A stretch of DNA of 38,106 bases from a bacterium (GTDB taxonomy: Bacteria > Hydrothermota > 32-111): contig JBFXGO010000023.1 of the NCBI GenBank assembly GCA_050239825.1, forward strand, positions 1-38,106. Reading direction: 5' to 3'. Numbering within the stretch: the first letter of the stretch is position 1; the number at the start of each line of letters is the position of its first letter. Shown piece by piece: positions 27,437 through 38,106 of the stretch. Position numbers and translations under genes: made by a program. Below the pieces are notes generated by a model that was not told the origin of the DNA, did no database searches, and saw only the letters and a list, made by a program, of their open reading frames with translations.

Positions 27437-28086
27437 AAATAAAGATGGAGGTAGTTGTATCCCGCCTGAAAAGAGAGTATAAAAAATACAAACAGCCGAT
27501 TGTCATGAGGGTGAAGGAAATTTCATCCGACCCATACAAAATACTCATCTCGACAATTATATCTCTCAGAACCAAAGACGCAGTGACTGAAGAGGCATCA
27601 TTGAGACTCTTTGAGCTTGCATCAACGCCCCAAGAGATGATTCATCTGAAGCAGTCCGTTATCGAAAAGGCGATTTATCCTGCCGGATTTTATAGAAACA
27701 AATCAGTTTCAATTCTTCATGTCTCAAAGACAATACTTGAAAAATACAATGGCAGGGTTCCAAACACGATTGAGGAGCTTCTCTCCCTCAAAGGCGTTGG
27801 AAGAAAAACCGCGAATCTCGTTCTTTCTCTTGGATATAACATTCCTGCAATTTGCGTCGACACTCATGTGCATAGAATATCAAACCGCCTTGGGGCGGTG
27901 AATACGAAGACGCCCGAAAAGACAGAATTTGCTCTTATGAAGATTCTTAAAAGAAAGGATTGGATAATATATAATGACCTTCTCGTTACCTGGGGTCAGA
28001 ATGTTTGCAAACCAATAAATCCGCAGTGCGTAAATTGCGTTTTAGACGATATTTGCAAGTGGGGAAAAGAAAAAAATAATCATTGA
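27433..28086 (+). CDS. nth: Endonuclease III
   Basis: HhH LKGVGRKTAN, VDTHVHRI, C-x6-C-x2-C-x5-C 4Fe-4S motif. Confidence 0.95.
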   Translation: MKIKMEVVVSRLKREYKKYKQPIVMRVKEISSDPYKILISTIISLRTKDAVTEEASLRLFELASTPQEMIHLKQSVIEKAIYPAGFYRNKSVSILHVSKTILEKYNGRVPNTIEELLSLKGVGRKTANLVLSLGYNIPAICVDTHVHRISNRLGAVNTKTPEKTEFALMKILKRKDWIIYNDLLVTWGQNVCKPINPQCVNCVLDDICKWGKEKNNH

Positions 28087-28111
28087 ATGTTCGCTTTTTT
28101 TATGGTATAAT
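28083..28111 (+). promoter_or_regulatory. sigma70 extended -10 promoter TTGAAT-17-(TGg)TATAAT for dciA-gyrB
   Basis: TTGAAT 28083-28088, TG 28103-28104, TATAAT 28106-28111, ATG at 28120, no SD sequence. Confidence 0.7.
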
Positions 28112-28119
28112 TAAATGTT

Positions 28120-30391
<2,272 letters not shown>

Positions 30392-30396
30392 GGTTA

Positions 30397-30425
30397 TTGA
30401 CAAAATCGGTTTTTTGTGATAAAAA
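30397..30425 (+). promoter_or_regulatory. Putative tRNA promoter TTGACA-17-(TGa)TAAAAA
   Basis: TTGACA 30397-30402, TG 30417-30418, TAAAAA 30420-30425, upstream of the tRNA. Confidence 0.5.
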
Positions 30426-30440
30426 TATCATCCCCAACGC

Positions 30441-30514
30441 GGGGGCGTAGTTCAGTTGGTTAGAACGCTTGCCTGTCACGCAAGAGGTCGCGAGTTCGAG
30501 TCTCGTCGCTCCCG
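30441..30514 (+). tRNA. tRNA-Asp(GTC), CCA not encoded
   Basis: Acceptor GGGGGCG/CGCTCCC, anticodon arm CTTGC-CTGTCAC-GCAAG (GTC at 30475-30477), T-loop GTTCGAG, discriminator G followed by TTTT. Confidence 0.97.
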
Positions 30515-30608
30515 TTTTATTTCAAAAGCATCCAATTTAAATAAACTCTAATATATTTACAAATTGCATTTGATATGCTATTATTTTATCAAATGGAGGC
30601 AAGAAGGT

Positions 30609-31328
30609 ATGAGTAGAAAAGTGATTTTGGCGGTTGCGATTTTGGTGTTGTTTGTATTAGTTTTTGGAGAATCTACTAATTATAGATTGAGTAATCCATT
30701 TGTTATATCTGACACACCATCAAAGTATTGGGTTAGCATTGCAGGCGGGAGTATGTATCCAGGGAAGTATTTTTCATACCCTCCAGATTTTCCTATTTAT
30801 AACGATTCATTTTTGAACAGATTAAGATTTATTTTGCTTAGTACTCAGTATGTTGATGTAAAAATAGCTGGTGGAATTACCAATATTTATAAAAACATTG
30901 GCTTTTCTATAAATCTTGAAGTTGGTTATCTTGAAGAAAATTATGCTTATATATCTGAACCTGATAGTTTTTGTTCACTACCGAGATATAAAATATCAGG
31001 CATATTCAGTTTTGATTATTCGATAAAGAAACATTTGATAGGATTAGGTGTTGAGTATACCAGAATGACATTTAAGTCAGGCTTCAATAGTGAACCTTAT
31101 GATGATCATTATTATGAATATATAAGCGGTATTGGATTAGGAATACTGTATAAATATTATTTTGTAAATATTGGATATAGAAAAGCAAAGTTGAGTCCTT
31201 TTGTGGAGGTACAATTATCAAATTCATGGTTTTTAACTTCCAATTTAATTAATGCGGAATATTATCCTGATGATTATCATATAATGACAGCAGGTGTAAG
31301 ATTGGGATTGCAGTTTGGAGTGTACTAA
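30609..31328 (+). CDS. Putative outer-membrane beta-barrel protein
   Basis: Signal peptide MSRKVILAVAILVLFVLVFG, alternating aromatic/hydrophobic strands, C-terminal GVRLGLQFGVY. ATG 30609 is preferred over TTG 30564. Confidence 0.6.
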   Translation: MSRKVILAVAILVLFVLVFGESTNYRLSNPFVISDTPSKYWVSIAGGSMYPGKYFSYPPDFPIYNDSFLNRLRFILLSTQYVDVKIAGGITNIYKNIGFSINLEVGYLEENYAYISEPDSFCSLPRYKISGIFSFDYSIKKHLIGLGVEYTRMTFKSGFNSEPYDDHYYEYISGIGLGILYKYYFVNIGYRKAKLSPFVEVQLSNSWFLTSNLINAEYYPDDYHIMTAGVRLGLQFGVY

Positions 31329-31340
31329 AAAGGAGGATTT

Positions 31341-34300
31341 GTGAAAAGAAAAGGAGTTCTACTGTTATTAGCTGTCTTAATTGGCATTATAATCAATGCC
31401 GCTCAATATCCAACAATTTATGTGAATGGCCAGAAAGGAGAAGGATGCTGTTTGAAAAAGAATTATGATTGGCTTGGTAACTTTACAGGATATTCAGGAG
31501 GCTGGACAACATGGTATCCTTTAGATAACAATGGCAATTTAAAGAACAGCACAGTTATGACTATAATAGATTCGTTGAATTATGATGGCTATTTCCTCTA
31601 CAGAAGATAACACTATATATAATTATTGTTTTTACGACAAGCTTGATGCCTCTGACAAAACAATTCCAGGAGTAATTTCCTTATCAGATGAAGAAGAGGA
31701 AGTATATTTTTATCATAAAGAAATTGATTGTCAAACTTATACTGCTGCAGGTCAGTCCGTAATACGTGATACAATAATTGATTACGTGTGGTTTTCAGCT
31801 TTAGAGCTTTATGGTTTTCCGACTCAACCATCAAATTATGATTCTGTAAGATTATATCCAAGGTATCTTCTTGGTATTGATTCAATAACGCATTATAGTG
31901 CAAATAAAAAATATTATTATGTTGATTCCAGAGGCAGGGAGTATAAAAAAAGTTGGTATGCAAACAAATGGGCAGAGAATTTAGCAAAATTCATTGACGA
32001 AGTAAGAAAATCAACAGGTGCACAGAAGGTTAATTTAGTATGTCATTCAATGGGAGGAGTTGTAGCTAGAGTTGCTTTAGCTGGATATAATTGCAAGTAT
32101 AAAGTTGATAAACTACTTACCTTAGGAACTCCTCATAAGACATATAATATTGAAGATTTTGAGGAGGTGTGGAGTTTATTGAATAAAATATTTGGATCGA
32201 TGGAAGAGTGGATGGAAAATGGTGAGTTAGCTGAATTAGGTGTTAGACCTTTTCAAGGCAAAGAACCGCTTTTCACTGATTTGAAGTATAACTCAAAACA
32301 TGATAAAGTTGGCACTTTTCACCAACTATTAGAACGGATTGAAGAAGAGAAGTATGTCTTCTCATTCGTAGAAATAAGTACTATTGCTGGTTGTAGGCGA
32401 GGACCAATTACGAATAATAGTTTATTGCCAAACAGTGATGGATTTGTTCCATTAGCTAATGCCACCTTAGATTTTGCAGAGTATAAACCTATAATTTTTG
32501 CAAGTCATTCGATGGGAGGTATTACTAGTTTTGATAATGAAAGAAAATATGAGCTTTCATTACCTTCTGCAACATTTTCAAGCGAGTTTACAAAGAGGTG
32601 GATTTACGATGATACAAGAGTGTTATATAGGGGTGATCCAGAAGATATTAGTGCCGCTTTTTCATTTGTTGGTAACCCAGAAACTGGGTATTTATCAAGA
32701 AGTATACGTGTAAATATTCTTGGAATTGATTCTTATGAAGGAATATTATCATTACAAGTTCAAACTGTAGTTTCTCCAGATATTGGAATGGATAATGAAG
32801 CGACAGGTACCCCTGCAAAAGGATATGATGTTCAAACGATTATTGATAACAATCGTGATCTTTCTATACTAAGAGGTGCTCCAGTATATATGAAAACACA
32901 TGAACTTGATAATCAGATGATTGACAATACTGATACTTATTATTCAAGAATATGGCTTTACGATATGAATGGTATGATTTCGGGCAATTTTTACCAACAC
33001 GAGCATAGATTTGAGACGCATTTGTGGGAAAATGTTCCAGAACCCTATGTATCAATTAACTACACTATTCTTCAGGCATTTGATAACAATACCAATACTA
33101 TTAGTTGGGAGACAAATGATTATGCAGTGCATACTACATTGCAGTATCTGGATCTCGCAGGGAACACCGTTATATTACTGAATGAGGATGGTCAATCAAG
33201 TTCCTATTTATGGGAAAATATACCTCCTATGTCGGCTAAAGGAGGTTGGACAGAAACTAAATTTGTCAACTTCACAGTTGTTTATAATTTAGACGATTAT
33301 GGTTCTAAAATATCAACGACAAGGCAATTACCTGTTAACACACCAAATTGGAGTCCTGTCAACCTTGCAACGTTGAGTTCTGATGAGATTTCTATCTCAC
33401 TTGAATGGGATGTTAAATATGAAGCGCAGAATATATTATTATATAGAAATGGCTCACTTATTGTAACGCTGGGTGGAGGTGTAACTTCTTTCGAAGATGA
33501 AAATTTTGTTCGAGGTGAAATTAACCATTATGAGGTAAAAGCTAAATATGGTGAACTTATAAGTATTAATGACGATGAATCAAACATCCTTGATGTATAT
33601 GGTATACCAGCAAATACACCTAAACCATATCCTTTAGCGAATTTTAACGAAAACAAAACAGAACTTAATGTAAAATGGATTGACAATTCCGATGTTGAAA
33701 CGGGATATGTTCTTTCTGTTATACCGAATGGTGGGACAACGACAAACTATAGAATTACCACAATTGCTGATACTTTATCCTACCAAGTACCAATTCCAAC
33801 AGTAGCAGGTGAAGGTGATTTATATATTGCCGCAGTTGGGCAAAATAACATTGTTTCAAACAGACGTATACATTATTCTTATTGTGTATGTGATGGACTG
33901 CCATTTAGCTCTGTTAATCCATTCCCTATAACTCATAAGAAGGGAAATCTATCATATAATAATGGGAAGTATTTTATTTCATCAATCAGACAATATAGTA
34001 CAGTCTTTGATGTTTTAAGTATTGAAGAATTTGATGGAAACTCAAAAGAAGTTATCTTTTCTGAATATTGCAATTCAGTGCAAGAGGAAAATATTGTAGC
34101 ATCACCTAATCAGGATGTAGTTATTTATGCGGAGAAAAATGCTGAAGACTTTCTTAATGTATTATATGAAAATGAATTAGGAAACTGGCAAAAAACAACG
34201 GTTGCTATTGATGGATTTATTGATTGGGATCAAAGTGTTGAAACTATTAAACTCCATTCACTAATAGTAAAAGATGGAATCTATTATTTATTGATAAGTA

Positions 34301-37300
34301 GAGAGGTCCTGAATACATGGTCTATGTCGACCTTTGGAAACAAGTTGGCTATTTTGAAGATTACCAATACAAGTGGGCAATTTGCAATACAGACTTCAAG
34401 AGAACTATTATCCAGTACATTAGCAGATCGAGTGTATTATGAAGGTAGTTTAAAACTCCTTTCAGATGGTCGAATTGGAGTGACATATAATTCTCAAGAA
34501 TATCCATATGATGATAACTATACAGGTTTAGTTATAAAAACATTTGATGCAAATATGGGGGATGAGAAGCAAATAATTTCTCCTGTAGTAACAAGCAATC
34601 ACGAAACAGCAGATTTCGATATCATAAGTGATAAAGCTAAGGTGCTCTTGAGTAGGTCAACTTCAGATGCAAATATTATTAAACTTAAAACTTTCAACTT
34701 TAATGTTGCTAATAGTGTGTGGAGTCCTGCAGATAGTAACATTGTAGATAGCAGACTAGTGAGCAGTGGCGAATATCTAGGTAACCCAAGTGTAATATAC
34801 AGCAATAATGGGTTGTTCTTATCATGGACTTATAATAACAGCAGTTATCAGGGGATTGTGAATTACAAGACTGTCAATAGTTCTGGAGTCCTAAGCGCTA
34901 ATAAGACTGCATTGTCTTTGAATAAAAATATAACCGATTATGCAATACAAAACCAAGACGGATTAATCAAGATTATTGCTCAATATTTGGACGAGGAAAT
35001 TACCACGGGAACATACATGCTCTCAGAAATAAGTCCATCCTATAACGAAATAGCTTTAAATTTGAATAATACTTTTTATGGTTATTCAGATGAAACTATT
35101 AACCTCACTGCTGAAGACATTTTCACAGGAGAACCAATAACCAATGCGGCTGTAACAGTTACAAACAATGCCGATTTTAGTTATTCAGGAGTTACTGATG
35201 CAACTGGATCAATTAGCATACCATATTATACTGAATCTGATAATGATATGGTAGTTACCGTTGATAAAGAGTATTATCAGAAAAAGGTTATACAAGAGAA
35301 TGTAACGATACATAATATGAATGTTTCACAACCGAGTGAATTACCTGTATTAACTACAAAAGCTCTGAATTTTAAGGTTACTGTTTCAACTGGAGGACTT
35401 CCAAAAGCTAATGAAATTCCACTTTCAGGAGCTATCATTACACTTCAGAGTACAGATATATCATTCACTGGTATTACCAATCTATCAGGTTCTGTCAGTT
35501 GTACTAAAAAAACCTCATATACAACTCCAATAAGCGTAACAATAACGAAAGACAGGTACAGAACTTACGAAGCAGAGATATATCCATATATGTGGTCAAC
35601 AACAAATGAGGCTTTGGGAGAAAACAACCAAACACATATGGTAAGAAAACCAGCTACAAACATTTTAGGCATCATATATTCAGATGGTGACAGTATTGTT
35701 TATGGTTATAGCAATGATTTGGGAAAAATATGGTACTTACAGAAGATAGGCAAAGGTACAATGCCGACTATGGTTAGAAGATCAAACGGTATCACTGCGT
35801 TGTGGAAGAATGGACAGATGCTTGAATATGCCACAATGTCATCACCATGGTCGCCAGTTGATACAGTTATTTCACCAGCGTATTCCGTATCTGAACCAAA
35901 TCTATTCAAACATCCAGATCCAGCCAATGATTCACTCTTTGCATGCGTGATAGAGAGTAGACAGGTTCAAACATGCGGAGATTATATACTTGCTACTTGG
36001 TATGATGTTCTTGTAGAAAGCATGACTTCTGAGGTGATTGTACCGTATACTGGTGATGAAGATGATAATTCAGTAATTCCGAATAAGCAACCAGTTGTTG
36101 GCAAGTATTTAGCTTCAAATAAATACTATAATATGATTTCTTTTATTAGTTCAAATAATCAACTAATTACAAAACTCCAAAATCTTATGTATCCAAATTA
36201 TAAGATTCCATTTGTTGTATCAAATGACAATCAAATTGTCTCAAATTCCTCAATAGATGTATACGGTAACACAACATCATTCACATGGTCGGCTGATAAT
36301 TTATCATCATCTGAGATATGGAGGAGAAAGCTTGTTGACGGAAATTTCTCAGATGCCGAAAGAGTTGATAATATAACTGGATTTAATTCAAATCCTAAAG
36401 TCAAAGATAACTTCCTATACGGTTTTGTGAACGATGCAAAAAGGATAGTGACAACGCCTAACATAAGTGATGAAAATGCAACCTTAGTGATTGAGGAAGC
36501 GGAAGATTCATTATTTAATTTTGATTTTGTAGTTAAAAAGACTTTGATTGATGCAGATGCCTTTTTTGTGTTATCCGAAGGTTCTAATGGAAATTATCGT
36601 ATAAAAACGATGAGAGTAAATTATAGCGGTATTGCACAACCAAGAATAATTTCTGATCCTACGGATACTATTGTAGAGAATATTTTCAGCTCTCCAATCT
36701 ATGACTATGTCTCAGGAAGGCCTTTTGTCGAAAGAATGACTTATGATGCAATTGCATTGGATACTGTTCTAAATTACGATGTCAGATTGGTAGTATCCCA
36801 AACAAATCCAGTCAGACCTCAGGTGCTTATGTTTGACACAACAGTCATAGATGTAATTTATGGAACACCAAATACAGTAGATACTTTGCAATATACAGTA
36901 CCAAAGGAACTATATACAGATGGTGAATTTATGATTACACTGGACAGGTTAAGAGGAAACCCTAATAGAACTGCACAGATAGCCATTTATGAGTATGAGA
37001 CTGACTCGGCGGAAGGAACCATTGCAGATGATGACAAGATAAAGAAGCTTATATTTAAGCCTCAGATGCCTAATCAGCAATTTGAATATTATTTGGCTTC
37101 TGGACTCGAGTTTGGTAATGAGTTGATTAAATTCTCACTTGCAGAACAAGGTGAAGTCACTTTAAACTTATTTGATGTCTCTGGAAGATGCATCGGAGAT
37201 TTAGCATCAGGAGCATTTAATTCTGGTGTACATTACGCAAACTTACCAAAGGGCTTGTCTTCAGGGGTATATTTTGTTAAAATGGAGGCAGGAGGTCAGA

Positions 37301-37332
37301 CATTTATAGAAAAGATTGTAAGGATCAAATAG
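31341..37332 (+). pseudogene. Large secreted alpha/beta-hydrolase multidomain protein with T9SS/FlgD-like C-terminal tail, split by a frameshift near 31582-31610
   Basis: 31341-31610 has AGGAGG, GTG start, a signal peptide and YPTIYVNG. The overlapping +1-frame ORF 31582-37332 lacks a signal peptide but has NLVCHSMGG, LGTPH, SDGFVP, Fn3/Ig-like and propeller-like segments, and LSSGVYFVKM..KIVRIK. Confidence 0.7.
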
Positions 37333-37334
37333 AG

Positions 37335-37356
37335 AAGGGGGGCAACGCCCCCCTTT
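37335..37356 (+). terminator. GC-rich hairpin after the giant ORF
   Basis: AAGGGGGGC-AAC-GCCCCCCTT immediately after the TAG stop, with a short T tail. Confidence 0.6.
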
Positions 37357-37359
37357 CTC

Positions 37360-38009
37360 ATAAAACAGCTTGGATCATTTTATGCCTATTAGTGGCAAAT
37401 ATTTTGCTTGCAGACAGATTTATAAACATAGATTATATTTATGATGGTGTATCTGGAGATCAGAGAGTGAATTCTCCCAAATGTGTTGACGTTAATAATA
37501 ATGGAATAGTTGATTTAGTTTTAAGTTACTCTGATTTAGATTCATCATCAATCAGATTTTATGAATTTGATGGAGATTCTTTTGTGATGATGTATCAGTA
37601 TAAGGATACTGGAATATTAGCATTAAATGGTATAGGCGATTATGACTCTGACGGATTATACGAGATGTTAATATTTTTTACATCTCACCTAGCTATAGCC
37701 ACATTAGAACAACCCGATTCATTTTCATATCCTACAGGGATTACATGGATGTCAGATACAATATGGCAGTGCTCAAATTGCCTTGGTTCAAGCAATAAAT
37801 TTAGGAATGATTCAATAGATATAATATATGGAAATGGTAATCCATTAATTAGTACTCCTTCGATACCAAAAGGGTGGTATTACATGACTTGTACAGGTGA
37901 CGATTATTATGAACTACTCAACACTTATGTTCCAGACAGTGTAGGTCCGAGAGCTATGGATGTGGGAGATATTGACAATGACGGTGCTTCTTTGAAAGAG
38001 TGTCAATAG
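37360..38009 (+). pseudogene. FG-GAP/VCBS repeat protein, disrupted by the IS right end and lacking a start codon
   Basis: Repeats DVNNNGIVDLV, GDYDSDGLYEM and GDIDNDGA. The last codons (SLKECQ*) come from the IS end. The in-frame signal peptide KTAWIILCLLVANILLA (from 37362) is preceded by CAT rather than ATG. Confidence 0.72.
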
Positions 38010-38106
38010 GATAATCGATAATTCTCCTTTTTTCAATTAAAGAACTTAATTACTTGCAAAAGACCCGATAATGATATAAAATTAATTATGCTTCTTTAGA
38101 TGGCCT
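37985..38106 (-). mobile_element. Right end and 3' non-coding region of an IS110-family (IS1111-type) element
   Basis: Minus strand ends TTGACA-CTCTTTCA-AAG-AAGCA. The 12-bp IR matches 89-100 and the core AAGCA matches 106-110. It truncates the FG-GAP ORF. Confidence 0.8.
38061..38106 (-). ncRNA. Candidate donor-binding loop of a bridge RNA / seekRNA (partial; the 5' part is outside the window)
   Basis: Minus strand AGGCC-ATCT-AAAGAAGC-ATAA(TTAATT)TTAT-A-TCATTAT-CG-GGTCT. Closing stem AGGCC/GGTCT and an inner hairpin. AAAGAAGCA is identical to the element right end and TCATTAT is complementary to the left-end ATAATGA. Confidence 0.6.

Larger units (their letters stand above)
30540..37984 (+). 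other. AT-rich accessory island downstream of tRNA-Asp
   Basis: Visible shift to AT-rich sequence with A/T-ending codons right after the tRNA. Only secreted/surface-protein genes, no integrase in the window. Confidence 0.6.

Overview
Bacterial chromosomal segment, possibly a whole contig. The lineage is uncertain; the T9SS/FlgD-like C-terminal tail and the divergent housekeeping proteins suggest an FCB-adjacent candidate phylum such as WOR-3/TA06 (inference). (1) 717-16876 on the minus strand is a dcw cell-division/peptidoglycan operon: mraZ, an unusual STAS-domain gene, rsmH, ftsL, ftsI, murE, murF, mraY, murD, ftsW, murG, murC, murB, ftsQ, ftsA, ftsZ, with no ddl. (2) 17009-30391 on the plus strand holds housekeeping genes (M23 peptidase, dusB, HD protein, methyltransferase, EndoQ-like PHP protein, HIT protein, FAD oxidoreductase, UbiA-family, DUF523/DUF1722, ABC-F, nth, dciA-like, gyrB) and a 210-bp MITE-like element. 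(3) tRNA-Asp is followed by an AT-rich, apparently decaying island with a beta-barrel gene, a frameshifted ~2000-aa secreted alpha/beta-hydrolase and a disrupted FG-GAP gene. (4) The ORF track misses that the two window ends appear to be the left and right ends of the same IS110-family (IS1111-type) element: they share 12-bp sub-terminal inverted repeats and an AAGCA core, would form a promoter on circularisation, and the right end carries a candidate bridge/seekRNA donor-binding loop. Beside the left end are a separately promoted, structured ~135-nt non-coding RNA candidate and a truncated RAYT gene with an internal REP.
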